From contig CBDCOZ010000003.1 of assembly GCA_965220085.1 (NCBI GenBank), positions 1,056,001 through 1,120,000 of the forward strand: a stretch of DNA of 64,000 nt, given 5' to 3'. Source of the stretch: Candidatus Oxydemutatoraceae bacterium (lineage in GTDB: Bacteria; Pseudomonadota; Gammaproteobacteria; Poriferisulfidales; Oxydemutatoraceae). Under the pieces are notes generated by a model that worked only from the letters and a program-made list of their open reading frames with translations, was not told the DNA's origin and did no database searches. Both the position numbers and the translations under genes were made by a program. Of this stretch, positions 1 through 11,089 are shown in pieces; the stretch's first letter is position 1; each line of letters starts with the position of its first letter.

Positions 1-20
1 GCGAGCATATCGTCCGCTGA
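1..20 (+). CDS. 3' end of a sensor histidine kinase (PhoR-like), truncated by window edge
   Basis: Ends ...EHIVR-TGA at 18-20, identical to the end of the HATPase-tail copy at 38-172; adjacency to pstB suggests phoR. Confidence 0.45.
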
Positions 21-37
21 CGGCGCATAGAATCGCC

Positions 38-172
38 GGCGGCGTCGGTCTGGGCTTGGCAATCGTCGCCCGAACCCTCGACCGTTACGGCGCTCGGCTC
101 AGAATCGACAGCGAATACGGCGTCGGCAACACCTTCTCGCGCATCTTTCCGCGCGAGCATATCGTCCGCTGA
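38..172 (+). pseudogene. Tandem duplicate of the last 45 codons of a histidine kinase (HATPase_c G2 box region)
   Basis: Translates GGVGLGLAIVARTLDRYGARLRIDSEYGVGNTFSRIFPREHIVR*; bases 1-48 recur at 153-200 (152-bp period); no start codon of its own. Confidence 0.7.
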
Positions 173-201
173 CGGCGCATAGAATCGCCGGCGGCGTCGC
201 T

Positions 202-1014
202 TCAGCCAAATCTCCCGGTGATGTAGTCTTCGGTCAACTTGTGCTTGGGATTGGTAAATAGGTTCTGGGTATAGCCGACCTCGACCAAATAACCCAGGTG
301 GAAGTAAGCCGTGCGCTGGGAGACCCGGGCGGCTTGTTGCATGGAGTGGGTGACGATGACGATCGCATAGTTTCTTCTCAACTCGTCTATCAATTCTTCT
401 ATCCGCGCCGTTGCAATCGGGTCCAGCGCGGAACAGGGTTCGTCCATCAAAATCACTTCGGGGTTGATGGCGATGGCCCGGGCGATGCACAGGCGTTGTT
501 GCTGCCCGCCGGACAGACTGAGGCCCGAGTCGTTTATATTGTCTTTGACTTCTTCCCACAGTCCGGCTTTTTGCAAACTGGTTTCCACAATCCCGTCCAA
601 CTCGGAGCGCGAATCTGTCAAGCCGTGGATGCGCACGCCGTAGGCGACATTGTCGTAGATCGATTTCGGGAAAGGGGTCGGCTTCTGGAACACCATGCCG
701 ACGCGGGCGCGCAACTCGACGATGTCGATCTCCTTGCTGTTGATGTCTTTGCCATCCAGAGTGATTCGGCCGCTTACCTTGCAGTCGTGAATGGTGTCGT
801 TCATGCGGTTGAAGCAACGCAGGAAAGTGGATTTGCCGCAGCCGGAAGGTCCGATCATGGCCAGCACCTCATGGTTTTTTATCTTGATGCTGACGTCTTT
901 GATGGCGTGTTTCTTGCCGTAGCGAACATGGATGCGCTCCGCTGTCATATACGGGTTGCCGACTTCGGTGGAGTCTATGGTGCGGAAGTTTTCCAAATTG
1001 GTTTGCAGTGTCAT
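202..1014 (-). CDS. pstB: Phosphate ABC transporter ATP-binding protein
   Basis: GPSGCGKS Walker A, LSGGQQQR signature, [10 protein letters not shown]-terminal DYITGRFG typical of PstB. Confidence 0.97.
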   Translation of the reverse strand: MTLQTNLENFRTIDSTEVGNPYMTAERIHVRYGKKHAIKDVSIKIKNHEVLAMIGPSGCGKSTFLRCFNRMNDTIHDCKVSGRITLDGKDINSKEIDIVELRARVGMVFQKPTPFPKSIYDNVAYGVRIHGLTDSRSELDGIVETSLQKAGLWEEVKDNINDSGLSLSGGQQQRLCIARAIAINPEVILMDEPCSALDPIATARIEELIDELRRNYAIVIVTHSMQQAARVSQRTAYFHLGYLVEVGYTQNLFTNPKHKLTEDYITGRFG

Positions 1015-1043
1015 GGCGTCGGGTTTGAGCAGGAAATGTCGAA

Positions 1044-2327
1044 TTACAGTTTGCGTTCAAAGCGGTTGCGGAGTATGACGGCGCTCAGGTTCATGACGAT
1101 GAGAAAGGTCAGCAGCACCAGTATCGCGCCCGCCGTACGTTCGGCAAAAGCGCGTTCCGGGCTGTCCGCCCACAGGTATATCTGCACCGGCAAGGCGGTT
1201 GCCGGATCGGTAATGCCCTGCGGCGCATCGACGATAAACGCCACCATCCCGATCATCAGCAGGGGCGCCGTTTCCCCCAGCGCCTGTGCCATGCCGATCA
1301 CGCTGCTGGTCAGTATGCCGGGCATGCCGAGGGGCAATACGTGATGAAAGACCGCTTGGGTCTTTGATGCGCCGAGGCTGAGCGCGGCTTCGCGAATGGA
1401 GTCGGGCACCATTTTTAATGCGGCGCGACCGGCAATGATGATGGTCGGCAACGTCATCAAAGACAGTACGATGCCGCCGACTAACGGGGTCGAGCGCGGC
1501 AAGCCGGCAAAATTCAACAGCGCCGCCAGCCCCAGCAAGCCGAAGATGATGGAGGGCACCGCCGCCAGGTTGTTGATACTGATCTCTATGATGTCTGTCA
1601 GCCAATTTTGCGGCGCAAACTCTTCCAAGTATATGACGGTCGCAATGCCAATCGGAAATGCCAACACAAACGCGATGATGAGCGCATACAAAGAGCCCTT
1701 GAGCGCAACCAGTATTCCGGCTTGCTCGGCTTCTCTGGAATCGCCGCTGGTGAAAAAGGTTTTGTTGAAGCGCTTTCCCAGCCGCTCCTGCGCCTCAAGG
1801 GTTTGCAGCAGGGCAATCTGATCGTCTTTGAGCCGGCGGTCGTCTTCGGGCAGCGTCAAGTCTATATGCCCCTTTGCGTATAAGTCGACTTCGTCATCGG
1901 CGATAGCCTTAAACGCAATGGTGCGGCCGATCAATTCGGGGTCTGCTTTGACCATCGCGGCCAACTCATATTCCGCGCCGTTGCTGACCAGCGAGTACAG
2001 CGTTCTTTTCTGCCGCCGTGTGTTTGTGTTCGGGAAAATATCATGCAACGACGCGCGTATCATCTTTTGATAATTGGCATTCGCGATCGCTTCTTGCGCT
2101 GTGTCGCCTGTCGCAAATTCTTCTTCCGCCAACTCAACGTCCAGTTTGACATAGGTCTGGACGAATGTGCCTTTGCCCATGTCTATCAGCGTCGCAAAGA
2201 AGACCAGCAGAAAGAGCAGCCCGATGAGAACCGAAGCGCCCGAGACGATTCTCAATCCGGTCTCAATGTAATAACGCCGCTTCAGCGAAGCGCGAATCTT
2301 CTTTTGTTGCGGTATCAGCTCACTCAT
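1044..2327 (-). CDS. pstA: Phosphate ABC transporter permease PstA (long N-terminal periplasmic domain)
   Basis: [41 protein letters not shown] motifs; overlaps the pstC stop. Confidence 0.95.
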   Translation of the reverse strand: MSELIPQQKKIRASLKRRYYIETGLRIVSGASVLIGLLFLLVFFATLIDMGKGTFVQTYVKLDVELAEEEFATGDTAQEAIANANYQKMIRASLHDIFPNTNTRRQKRTLYSLVSNGAEYELAAMVKADPELIGRTIAFKAIADDEVDLYAKGHIDLTLPEDDRRLKDDQIALLQTLEAQERLGKRFNKTFFTSGDSREAEQAGILVALKGSLYALIIAFVLAFPIGIATVIYLEEFAPQNWLTDIIEISINNLAAVPSIIFGLLGLAALLNFAGLPRSTPLVGGIVLSLMTLPTIIIAGRAALKMVPDSIREAALSLGASKTQAVFHHVLPLGMPGILTSSVIGMAQALGETAPLLMIGMVAFIVDAPQGITDPATALPVQIYLWADSPERAFAERTAGAILVLLTFLIVMNLSAVILRNRFERKL

Positions 2328-3540
2328 ATTTTTCGCGATAGTGTCGCACGGTTACCAGCGCGGTAATATTCAACAGCAGGGTGGAAACAAACAGAGTTAA
2401 TCCGAGCGCGAAGGAGGCCAAAGTCTTGGCGCTGTCAAATTCGTGGTCGCCGACTAACAGCGTGGTAATCTGCACGGTTACGGTCGTCATCGCATCGAGC
2501 GGATTGCCGCTTAGTTTCGCCATCAGGCCGGCGGCCATGACGACGATCATCGTTTCTCCGATGGCGCGCGAGATCGCCAGCAGAAAACTGCCGATGATGC
2601 CGGGCAGGGCCGCGGGCAGGATCACTTTTATGATCGTTTCCGACCGGGTAGCCCCCATTGCATAGGAACTGTCGCGCAGACTGTTCGGCACGGCGGCGAT
2701 GACATCATCGGACAACGAGCAGATGAAAGGGATCAACATGATTCCCATTACCAATCCCGCCGCCAGCGCGCTTTCCGACGAGGCTTCCAGACCGAGGGCA
2801 AACGCCGCATCTCTGATCCGGGGGGCGACCCATAGCGCCGCAAAAAAGCCGTACACGACGGTCGGTATGCCGGCCAGAATTTCCAGCGCCGGTTTTGCGA
2901 TGGCTCTGATTTTTGCCGGCGCGTATTCGCCCAAAAAGATTGCCGATAAGAATCCGATCGGGGAGGCGACCATCATCGCGATGAAAGAAATCATCATCGT
3001 GCCGGCAAATAACGGCACGAACCCGAAGGCTCCGGAACCGCCGACCTGATCTTCTCTGATGGCCGTTTGCGGGTTCCAGCGCAGACCGAACAGAAACTCT
3101 TGCAGCGGATACAACTTAAAGAAGCGCATGCTTTCAAACAACACCGACAGCACGATTCCGAGCGTGGTCAGAATGGCGACGACGGAGCAAATAATCAGCG
3201 CGCAATGAATCAATTTCTCAATGCTTTTGCGGGCGTTGTGCCGCGGCCGCAAATGGCGCCAGGCAAAGGCAAAACCGAGCAAGGCAACGGCGCTCGCAAT
3301 CCAGACGCAAGCAAACTGTCCGCCGAAGATCGCGCTCGGCAAGCGCGCGTCAAGTCCGGCCACAACGAACAGACTCAGCGCCGCCGGCAGTCCCGTCCAC
3401 AGTGCGACATACCAAGCCGAGTAGGAGGCATTGGCATGGCGCGCGCGCTTGCCGGCGGCGGGGCGTGTCACTTTTTTTGCTCCGGCAACGTATGCGATGC
3501 TGCTGATAATGGCGATGACTGTTAGTGTGAGTTCCAGCAT
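2320..3540 (-). CDS. pstC: Phosphate ABC transporter permease PstC
   Basis: KPALEILAGIPTVVYGFFA, SRAIGETMIVVMAAG motifs. Confidence 0.95.
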   Translation of the reverse strand: MLELTLTVIAIISSIAYVAGAKKVTRPAAGKRARHANASYSAWYVALWTGLPAALSLFVVAGLDARLPSAIFGGQFACVWIASAVALLGFAFAWRHLRPRHNARKSIEKLIHCALIICSVVAILTTLGIVLSVLFESMRFFKLYPLQEFLFGLRWNPQTAIREDQVGGSGAFGFVPLFAGTMMISFIAMMVASPIGFLSAIFLGEYAPAKIRAIAKPALEILAGIPTVVYGFFAALWVAPRIRDAAFALGLEASSESALAAGLVMGIMLIPFICSLSDDVIAAVPNSLRDSSYAMGATRSETIIKVILPAALPGIIGSFLLAISRAIGETMIVVMAAGLMAKLSGNPLDAMTTVTVQITTLLVGDHEFDSAKTLASFALGLTLFVSTLLLNITALVTVRHYREKYE

Positions 3541-3654
3541 GTTCGTTCGGTTTCTAAAGTTTGTTCGGCGCCGCAGCGGATGATTCGCCCGCGCATCGTG
3601 TTGCCGAAAATCATGGCATGGATTATGCCGTCCCCTCCTATTAAGAGGCTATCA

Positions 3655-3687
3655 GACTATGCCATAAACATGACAGTTTTATTACAT
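3655..3687 (-). promoter_or_regulatory. Pho box (PhoB binding site) upstream of pstC
   Basis: Minus strand reads ATGTAATAAAA-CTGTCATGTTT-ATGGCATAGTC: three 11-bp direct repeats resembling the CTGTCAT consensus, ~115 bp upstream of pstC. Confidence 0.75.
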
Positions 3688-3967
3688 ACGGGTTGCTTCA
3701 CAAAAGTACCGGCATATCAATATGATAGGTCGGCCTTGGCCGACAGCGGAACCCGGGCGGATGCGATTTGAAGCCCGTATGCCAGAGGGCCTCGTCACAG
3801 AGACGGGCACAGCGTCGCAGGAGATATTGACGGGGCTATGCGATTGTGGCCGACTGTCTGTTAAGGGCAAGCCCCCATCTGTGCGAAGGCGCGGGGCGAT
3901 CTACCCGTTTGGCGACAGGGAACATTCTTCTGCCGCTCACCCGCCGCCGTTGCGTCTGTGTTTCCCG

Positions 3968-4828
3968 CTACCGCAACGGGCCTTCCAGGAAGAGGCGCAG
4001 GCGCAGATTGATCGCGTCCCCGATTATCCGGACGCCGTCGGAGCACAACGGCCCCTCGTTGCCGGGAGTGGTATGCCTGTCCATAAAGCTGATGCAGACC
4101 CTGATGTACATCCACGCCTGATCATCCGCGGGGACAAATATTCTGTTGGTCGCGCCGCTGATGTCGGCATATGCGCCGGTGCGGGCGGGGGATTGTTGCC
4201 ATTGCCAACTCTGGGTGAGAATGTTGATGATATTGAGGTCAACAACATCGGAACTATCGTCCGTCAGTTGCTGACCTCTGTCGTATGTTCTCCGGGGAGG
4301 CGAGCCCGGGGCGATTATCGTGGGCGCGCCGGTGGCTTTTTGTTGCTGGGATGCGCGAAGATGGATGGTGGCCGTGGCGGTACGGGATTCATCGCCGCCG
4401 GCAGTGATGCTGTATGTAAAGGCGGTGTAGTTCAATTGCGCGCTCTGGCTCGGTTGCGGGTAGTAGGTGATGGTGTTGATACTGCCTTCTGCCACATTCT
4501 GGCCTGCGGTGGCGGCGGAGTTGCCTACCCGCATGGTGCCAAGGAGCGGCAGGCTCTTTATCGTGATGTGGTCCAAGGGATCGGAATCTGCGTCAAGAAA
4601 AGGGAAGTCGCTTTTCACGAAGCTGTCCGGGCTGGCGGCGGTGGCGTTGTGCGGCACCCATATTGCGGTGTCCCTGGCCGCCGGTCCGGCCTGTGCGACT
4701 GGCGCGGTCGGGTCTGCGGTGTTGTGCGGTTGGTCGCTATGTGCCTGACCGCAGACGGCAATCAGGACGAGCAACCAGAGGGCGCGACCATCGCTGTTGC
4801 CCGTCGGTTGCGTCAAGGGAGTAAACAT
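3968..4828 (-). CDS. Secreted Ig/cadherin-like domain protein with C-terminal LRLRLFLEGPLR motif
   Basis: Signal-peptide-like RALWLLVLIAVCGQAHS; two beta-rich domains (DADSDPLDHITI...YTAFTYSI and ATGAPTI...WQWQQS...ISGAT); ends DAINLRLRLFLEGPLR*. Confidence 0.8.
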   Translation of the reverse strand: MFTPLTQPTGNSDGRALWLLVLIAVCGQAHSDQPHNTADPTAPVAQAGPAARDTAIWVPHNATAASPDSFVKSDFPFLDADSDPLDHITIKSLPLLGTMRVGNSAATAGQNVAEGSINTITYYPQPSQSAQLNYTAFTYSITAGGDESRTATATIHLRASQQQKATGAPTIIAPGSPPRRTYDRGQQLTDDSSDVVDLNIINILTQSWQWQQSPARTGAYADISGATNRIFVPADDQAWMYIRVCISFMDRHTTPGNEGPLCSDGVRIIGDAINLRLRLFLEGPLR

Positions 4829-5175
4829 GATTCGGTATCCTTATGAAGTTTATGCGCAAGATATTATACAAAGTATTCGCACAGCTGCGCATTCGCCCGC
4901 GGTGATGTCCGCATTCCCTCACGCGTACGAAGGGAGTGTGCGGGCGCGAATGACAGACTGCCATCCGTCGGCAAACACAAGCGGCGGCGGGTGCGCATCA
5001 GAAAACGCTCCCCGCGCCAGGCGGGCAGGCCGCGCCCGCGCCTCCGCATGGATGCGGGACTTGTCCTGACAGCCGGTCGGCCCGCCGTATACGCCCCTGC
5101 GCTATGTGTTGGCCGCATATCTTTGTACAATACTCCTTCGCTGATTCCTGCTTACCTCTATTTGGAGTACCTCTT

Positions 5176-6171
5176 ATGACAGAACCTAAACGCCCCATAA
5201 AAGTCGCAATAACCGGCGCGACCGGAAATATCGGCTATTCGCTGCTCTTTAGAATCGCTTCGGGAGAAATGCTGGGCGCCGACCAGCCGATCATGTTGAC
5301 GCTGATCGACAGGAACGCGGTATGCAAACCTCTGCAAGCGGCGATGATGGAGCTTGAAGATTGCGCCTGCCCGCTGCTTGTAAGTTGCGACACAACGGCT
5401 GATCTCAGTCAGGGGTTTCGCGATGCCGACATTGTGATTCTTCTCGGCGCCAAGCCGCGCTCGGCCGGCATGGAACGCAAGGACTTGCTGAGAGTGAACG
5501 GCGAGGTGTTCAAAACGCAGGGGCAAGTATTAAACGATGTCGCGGCGCGCGATGTAAAAGTCCTGATAGTCGGCAACCCGGCAAACACCAACGCTCTGAT
5601 CGCATTGTCAAACGCGCCCGATCTCAGCCCCAAGCAATTCAGTTGCCTGACCCGGCTGGATCACAATCGGGCGGTCGCCTTGCTTGCAAAGACGCTCGGG
5701 CGACCGGTCTCTGAGATTCGCAAGATGATTATCTGGGGGAATCATTCCTCTACCCAGTTTCCCGATTTGTTACACAGCGAGACGGACGCCGGCAAGGTTG
5801 CGGTCGATAAGAACTGGTTTGAAGGGGAATTTATTTCTGCCGTGCAGAAGCGCGGCGGCCAAGTGATTGAGATGCGCGGTCTGTCTTCGGCGGCATCGGC
5901 CGCTTCCGCCGCGATCGATCACATCAGAGATTGGCGCGAGGGCACGCCGCCCGACGATTGGACGAGCATGGGTGTGTTGTCCGACGGCAGTTATGGGGCG
6001 ACAGCCGATTTGATGTTTTCTTATCCGGTTACGATTGAGAACGGCGATTGGAATATCGTAGCGGGCATAGAACTCGGCGAATTTGAAAAGCGGCTGATTC
6101 GCAAAACCGATGCCGAACTGCGCGAGGAGCGCGACGCCGTGGCGGACTTGCTCGGCAAAGCGCTCGCTTAG
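5176..6171 (+). CDS. mdh: Malate dehydrogenase (type 2)
   Basis: [48 protein letters not shown]; start placed at ATG 5176 after GGAG. Confidence 0.95.
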   Translation: MTEPKRPIKVAITGATGNIGYSLLFRIASGEMLGADQPIMLTLIDRNAVCKPLQAAMMELEDCACPLLVSCDTTADLSQGFRDADIVILLGAKPRSAGMERKDLLRVNGEVFKTQGQVLNDVAARDVKVLIVGNPANTNALIALSNAPDLSPKQFSCLTRLDHNRAVALLAKTLGRPVSEIRKMIIWGNHSSTQFPDLLHSETDAGKVAVDKNWFEGEFISAVQKRGGQVIEMRGLSSAASAASAAIDHIRDWREGTPPDDWTSMGVLSDGSYGATADLMFSYPVTIENGDWNIVAGIELGEFEKRLIRKTDAELREERDAVADLLGKALA

Positions 6172-6175
6172 CGGC

Positions 6176-6628
6176 CTAGCCGAAGTATTTGAGCGCTCGG
6201 CTCAAAGCGGAGTTGGCGGCCCATTTCTCGGCTAATGCGGAGTGTCTGCGCGGCATCGGCGGCAGAAACCTTTGCGCCGGCGCGGGACGACCTGTCCGGA
6301 TTGCGGCGGGCCACGGCGGCAATACTTCCATCTGCCCGGCATCGTGGTAGGCGCGCACCTTGAGTTGTAGCAGCGGCAACGGCTTTCGCATCTTCGCGTC
6401 TTGAAAAGCGCAGACGAAATCAAAGGTCTCGGTATACGGGGTCTTTTGCGGTGCGCGCAGCCACAGGCGGTAATGGTCTTTTTGTGCCGAGGCCGTCTTC
6501 GCGCCGGCGTCTGTTTCCATAGCCTGGAACAAGATGTAGTTTGCCTGATACAGATGCATCAGATAGCGGAAGTACCGCGTCGCCGAAAGCGCCGGTTTAG
6601 GGGCGGCGTATAAGATGTTCTTGTGCAT
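6176..6628 (-). CDS. DUF1249 (YqiB-like) family protein
   Basis: LYQANY...TPYT...VRAYHDA...EV...EKWAAN pattern recalled for DUF1249. Confidence 0.65.
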   Translation of the reverse strand: MHKNILYAAPKPALSATRYFRYLMHLYQANYILFQAMETDAGAKTASAQKDHYRLWLRAPQKTPYTETFDFVCAFQDAKMRKPLPLLQLKVRAYHDAGQMEVLPPWPAAIRTGRPAPAQRFLPPMPRRHSALAEKWAANSALSRALKYFG

Positions 6629-6637
6629 GTCTCTGTT

Positions 6638-7087
6638 TCACCGATGACGCATTGCATGACGGTCGCGGTATTGCAACGCAAAACTGCGCAACACCCTGAA
6701 GGCATCGGCATCGATCGCGTCCGCAAAGATATGTATCCGTTCTTCGCCTCTGTTTTCCACTTGTAAGCGCATTGCAAGATAATAGCAAATAATCCGTTCA
6801 AACTTTAATATTTCGGCCGAGCGCGCCCGCCCGCGCAAGTCCCGTATTGTAACTTTTTGCTCCGGATCTATTTGTAACCGCCGAATACACAAACTGTTAC
6901 GGCGCTTTTGTCGGCGGGCAAAGGCAAAGAGCAATACGATTGCGAGCAAGCCGATTTTAGTCGCAACCGGGAAATGGGCTATGAATATTGCCGCCGTGCC
7001 CGCCGCATAGAGCGAGGCGACCAGCGCTTGCCCGACGGCGGAGGGGGCGAGATCAACGGCGATAGTTTGTGCGGATGATGTCGGCAA
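6638..7087 (-). CDS. YgfX/CptA-like small membrane protein
   Basis: Two N-terminal hydrophobic segments and C-terminal IFADAIDADAFRVLR; lies directly downstream of sdhE as ygfX does; start uncertain. Confidence 0.65.
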   Translation of the reverse strand: MPTSSAQTIAVDLAPSAVGQALVASLYAAGTAAIFIAHFPVATKIGLLAIVLLFAFARRQKRRNSLCIRRLQIDPEQKVTIRDLRGRARSAEILKFERIICYYLAMRLQVENRGEERIHIFADAIDADAFRVLRSFALQYRDRHAMRHR

Positions 7088-7298
7088 TATCGCGAATCTC
7101 CGGATCGGCGCTGCGGTGACCGTAGATCAGAATATCTTGCAGGTCGGGGTCGCTCATTTGCAACAGCCGCAGAAACGTGTCTTTCTGTTCCTGCGGCGCA
7201 TCATCATAGAGGCGGTTCAGATAATACGACGCCATCTGATCGAGCTCTTTGGCGCCGCGCCGGCACATCCAGACCAGTTGTTTCTTATCCGGGTTCAT
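7053..7298 (-). CDS. sdhE: Succinate dehydrogenase flavinylation/assembly factor SdhE
   Basis: WMCRRGAKELD (RGxxE motif), F.RLL..SDPDL; 81 aa. Confidence 0.92.
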   Translation of the reverse strand: MNPDKKQLVWMCRRGAKELDQMASYYLNRLYDDAPQEQKDTFLRLLQMSDPDLQDILIYGHRSADPEIRDIADIIRTNYRR

Positions 7299-7332
7299 CC
7301 GACTCGGCTAGTCCTGCGCGCGCGCCCAAGCG

Positions 7333-8109
7333 CTACAGGCTGCGCGCGACCAGCAGCTTTTTGATCTGCGCGATGGCCTTGGCCGGATTGAGATTTTTGG
7401 GGCAGGTATCGGCGCAATTCATGATGGTATGACAGCGGTAGAGCTTAAACGGGTCTTCCAGCGCGTCCAGCCGCTCGCCGGTCGCCTCATCGCGGCTGTC
7501 GGCAATCCAACGATACGCTTGCAGCAGGGTGGCGGGGCCGAGATAGCGGTCGCTGTTCCACCAATAACTCGGGCAACTCGCGGAACAACACGCGCATAAG
7601 ATGCATTCTTCAAGGCCTTTGATCTGTTCGCGGCTCTCGGGCGATTGCAATCTCTCGCGGTCGGCGAGCGGGGTCTGTGTTTGCAGCCAAGGTTTGATCG
7701 ACGCATATTGCGCGTAGAAATGGGTCAGGTCGGTGACGAGGTCTTTTATCACCGACATATGCGGCAGCGGAAAGACTTTGACCGCGCCCTTGATATCTGC
7801 GATCGCTTTGGTGCAGGCCAGCGTGTTGCGCCCGTCGATGTTCATGGAGCACGAGCCGCAGATACCTTCGCGGCACGAGCGTCGGAAAGTCAATGTCGGA
7901 TCAATCTCATCCTTCGCCTTTATCAGCGCGTCCAACACCATCGGGCCGCAATCATCAAGATGCAGCTCGTACGTATCGGTGCGCGGGTTTTTCCCCGAGT
8001 CGGGATCGTAGCGATAGACGACGAACGTCTTCTTATCGCCTTCGCCGTCGGCGGCAAAGTGTTTGCCTTTCTTTACGATCGAGTTTGCCGGCAGGGTGAA
8101 TTGCGCCAA
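7333..8109 (-). CDS. sdhB: Succinate dehydrogenase iron-sulfur subunit
   Basis: [42 protein letters not shown]; TTG start with AGGAG RBS. Confidence 0.97.
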   Translation of the reverse strand: MAQFTLPANSIVKKGKHFAADGEGDKKTFVVYRYDPDSGKNPRTDTYELHLDDCGPMVLDALIKAKDEIDPTLTFRRSCREGICGSCSMNIDGRNTLACTKAIADIKGAVKVFPLPHMSVIKDLVTDLTHFYAQYASIKPWLQTQTPLADRERLQSPESREQIKGLEECILCACCSASCPSYWWNSDRYLGPATLLQAYRWIADSRDEATGERLDALEDPFKLYRCHTIMNCADTCPKNLNPAKAIAQIKKLLVARSL

Positions 8110-8142
8110 TGTCGTCTCTCCTTATAATCAACAAATAATCAT

Positions 8143-9942
8143 TTAATAAACTCTCGCCTGAGGAGCGATTGTATCAACCTCGTCGGTCAAGGTCTGTAAG
8201 CGTACCGGGCGAAACCCTATTTCCGCATCCGCCCCGGGGGTTTGGGTGTCCAGACGGGTCAGCGAATGTTTCATCCAATTCTCATCGTCGCGCTGCGGGA
8301 AATCATCGCGCGCATGGGCGCCGCGGCTCTCCTGCCGCCGCAAGGCCGCGGCCACGGTGCAGACGGCTTGCGCGAGCAGGTTATCGAGTTCGAGTGTTTC
8401 GACCAAATCGGTATTCCATATCATAGAGCGGTCTTTGACCGAGATGTCGGCAAACTTTTGTCGCAGCGCGCGCAACTTCTCAAGACCTTGCGCAAGACTC
8501 TCGCCGGTGCGAAAGACCGCGGCATATTTTTGCATGACCTTTTGCATTTCAACCCGCACCGCCGCCGTCGGGTATTCGCCGTCGGCGTGACGCAGCTTAT
8601 CAAAGCGCGCCAGACAAAAATCCAACCGCTCTTTGCGGCAGGGGCGCGCCTGTGTCTTGTCTTGTTTGATCAGGGTCACGGCGCGTTGCGCCGCCGCGCG
8701 TCCGAATACGATCAGGTCGAGCAAGGAGTTGGAGCCGAGGCGGTTTGCCCCGTGTACCGATACGCAAGCCGCTTCGCCGATGGCCATCAGGCCCGGCACA
8801 ACGTGATTCGGATCATCGCCTTTCGGCACGACAACCTGTCCGCGATAGTCGGTCGGGATGCCCCCCATGTTGTAGTGCACCGTCGGCAGAACCGGTATCG
8901 GTTCTTTGCTTACATCCACGCCGGCAAAAATGCGCGCCGACTCGGCGATGCCGGGCAGGCGTTCGTCGATGACGTCTTTGCCGAGGTGCTCAAGGTGCAA
9001 ATGGATATGATCTTTCTCGGGCCCGACCCCGCGCCCTTCGTTGATCTCTATCGTCATGGAGCGGCTGACCACATCGCGCGAAGCGAGGTCCTTGGCGTTC
9101 GGCGCATAGCGCTCCATAAAGCGTTCGCCATCGGCGTTGGTCAGGTAACCGCCTTCGCCTCGCGCGCCTTCGGTAATCAGGCAACCCGACCCGTAGATGC
9201 CGGAAGGGTGGAACTGAACGAATTCCATGTCCTGCAACGGCAAGCCCGCGCGGATAGCCATCGCGTTGCCGTCGCCGGTGCAGGTATGCGCCGATGTGCA
9301 CGAGAAATAAGCGCGGCCATAGCCGCCCGTTGCGAGTATCGTGAGGGCCGCTTTGAAGACATGCAGTTTGCCGGTCGCCAATTCCCACGCCAGCGCGCCG
9401 CAACACCCGCCGTCATCGTCGGTCAGCAAATCCAACGCAAAGTATTCAATGAAGAACTGCGCGTTGTGTTTGAGCGATTGTTGATACAAGGTGTGGAGAA
9501 TGGAATGCCCGGTGCGATCGGCCGCGGCGCAAGTCCGCTGGGCGATGCCTTTGCCGAAGTCGGTGGTCATGCCGCCGAAGGGGCGCTGATAGATGCGGCC
9601 GCTTTCGGTTCTTGAGAACGGCACCCCGTAGTGCTCCAGTTCTATCACCGATGCCGGCGCTTCTTTGCACATATACTCAATCGAGTCCTGATCGCCGAGC
9701 CAGTCCGAACCTTTGACCGTGTCGTACATATGCCAGCGCCAGTCGTCCCGTCCCATGTTGCCAAGCGCCGCGCTGATGCCGCCTTGCGCCGCCACCGTGT
9801 GGCTGCGGGTCGGAAATACTTTTGTCAGGCAAGCGGTTTTCAGACCTTCGCTTGCCATCCCGAAAGTCGCCCGCAAGCCGGCTCCGCCGGCTCCGACAAC
9901 GACGACATCGCATTGATGTTCTTCAAGAGGGTAAGAATTCAT
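8143..9942 (-). CDS. sdhA: Succinate dehydrogenase flavoprotein subunit
   Basis: [19 protein letters not shown] (FAD-His), [19 protein letters not shown]. Confidence 0.98.
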   Translation of the reverse strand: MNSYPLEEHQCDVVVVGAGGAGLRATFGMASEGLKTACLTKVFPTRSHTVAAQGGISAALGNMGRDDWRWHMYDTVKGSDWLGDQDSIEYMCKEAPASVIELEHYGVPFSRTESGRIYQRPFGGMTTDFGKGIAQRTCAAADRTGHSILHTLYQQSLKHNAQFFIEYFALDLLTDDDGGCCGALAWELATGKLHVFKAALTILATGGYGRAYFSCTSAHTCTGDGNAMAIRAGLPLQDMEFVQFHPSGIYGSGCLITEGARGEGGYLTNADGERFMERYAPNAKDLASRDVVSRSMTIEINEGRGVGPEKDHIHLHLEHLGKDVIDERLPGIAESARIFAGVDVSKEPIPVLPTVHYNMGGIPTDYRGQVVVPKGDDPNHVVPGLMAIGEAACVSVHGANRLGSNSLLDLIVFGRAAAQRAVTLIKQDKTQARPCRKERLDFCLARFDKLRHADGEYPTAAVRVEMQKVMQKYAAVFRTGESLAQGLEKLRALRQKFADISVKDRSMIWNTDLVETLELDNLLAQAVCTVAAALRRQESRGAHARDDFPQRDDENWMKHSLTRLDTQTPGADAEIGFRPVRLQTLTDEVDTIAPQARVY

Positions 9943-10319
9943 AGCGCTATTTTTATAATGGCATAAAGCCCGCCGATAGCAAGCAGTATTGACCAGAAGT
10001 TTGCCGCAACAATGACCGCGACCTTAAGCGGGACAGAGCGGATATAGTCTTCTGCGATGATGCGCAACCCAAGCGCTTGATGGTAACAAACCGTGATCAC
10101 AGATGCCGCGATCAAAATGGCGACCGGCGGTTGTTGCAGCCACCCCTTCAGCGCCGCATGACTCAGGCTCGGCAGCATCGCAACCGAGAAGCTGAGCCAG
10201 AGTACGAGCGGCGCCAGCGCGACAGATGTCAGTCGTTGTAACCGCCAGTGCGCCGTGCCTTCGCGCGCCGCCCCAAGGCCTTTTGCTTTGGATAGCGGGG
10301 TGTCTAATCGCGTATTCAT
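9939..10319 (-). CDS. sdhD: Succinate dehydrogenase hydrophobic membrane anchor
   Basis: [33 protein letters not shown]; start placed at MNTRL (10319), overlapping the sdhC stop. Confidence 0.92.
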   Translation of the reverse strand: MNTRLDTPLSKAKGLGAAREGTAHWRLQRLTSVALAPLVLWLSFSVAMLPSLSHAALKGWLQQPPVAILIAASVITVCYHQALGLRIIAEDYIRSVPLKVAVIVAANFWSILLAIGGLYAIIKIAL

Positions 10320-10693
10320 AGCGCTATCGCAATCAGCCAGGTCGCCGCGGTGAGTACGACGGTGCCGACAAGAGTCAATATATTTGCCAGTCGTCCCGCC
10401 GCTTTTGAATACCCTATGGCGGCATCCCAAAGCAGGTGGCGGATGCCGTGACAAAAATGAAAATAGAGCGCCGCCGTCCATAACACCAGCAGGCTTTGCC
10501 CCGGCCAACCGGCGAGCGCTCCGTGTATCGCTTCATAACTTGTTCTGTCGGTCGCGGCGATGAGCAGGATAATGATCAGCGCCGATACCCCGATACTCAG
10601 AACGACCGAGGTCAGGCGATGCGTGATTGAGAAAATCGCGGTCAGCGGCAGGCGATATACCTGCAGATGCGGAGAGGTCGGGTGTTCTTGCAT
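10316..10693 (-). CDS. sdhC: Succinate dehydrogenase cytochrome b556 subunit
   Basis: PTSPHLQVYR, SITHRLT, HFCHGIRHLLWD; start placed at MQEHP (10693). Confidence 0.93.
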   Translation of the reverse strand: MQEHPTSPHLQVYRLPLTAIFSITHRLTSVVLSIGVSALIIILLIAATDRTSYEAIHGALAGWPGQSLLVLWTAALYFHFCHGIRHLLWDAAIGYSKAAGRLANILTLVGTVVLTAATWLIAIAL

Positions 10694-10990
10694 TCTTTCT
10701 ATTGTCCGGCCAACACTTGAGTGCGACCGCTTCATATCGGTTAGTCGGAGGGTATCTTAACACAAGGCGATGCGGTTCAGGGACATCGGGCTTGTTTGCC
10801 GACTGCCGCGCTCGCCCTTGGGCTTCCCTTGCGCTTCTTTGACTCGTGCTTGCCGGGTTCCTTGCCAGCCGGATAAACCGCGTTCCTTTCAATACAACCC
10901 GACAGATTGCCATCATCCTCGCATGTCTCTCGGCAGGCGCCGAACCTCGCCGCGACCGCGTTTCTTTCATGGATCGGTTTTCCGTGCCCG

Positions 10991-11020
10991 CGCCTCTTCT
11001 TTGAAGGCCTGTTGCAATAG
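10991..11020 (+). pseudogene. Orphan, decayed copy of the LEGPLR C-terminal motif (3' relic of a lost array gene)
   Basis: cgc ctc ttc ttt gaa ggc ctg ttg caa tag = RLFFEGLLQ*; the following ~140 bp are highly similar to 26671-26810, which follow the intact motif of the 4985-aa gene. Confidence 0.75.
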
Positions 11021-11089
11021 CGCGAGCGCCCCGCGGCGAAGGAGGGGAATGTCAGGGAATGCACAGGGGATGAGGCAGGATACTAAAGG

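Noticed and set aside
3722-4846. 374-aa + strand ORF and the many antisense ORFs over pst, sdh, accA/tilS and the giant genes
   Set aside because: Shadow ORFs of GC-rich coding DNA with no recognisable motifs, opposite well-supported genes
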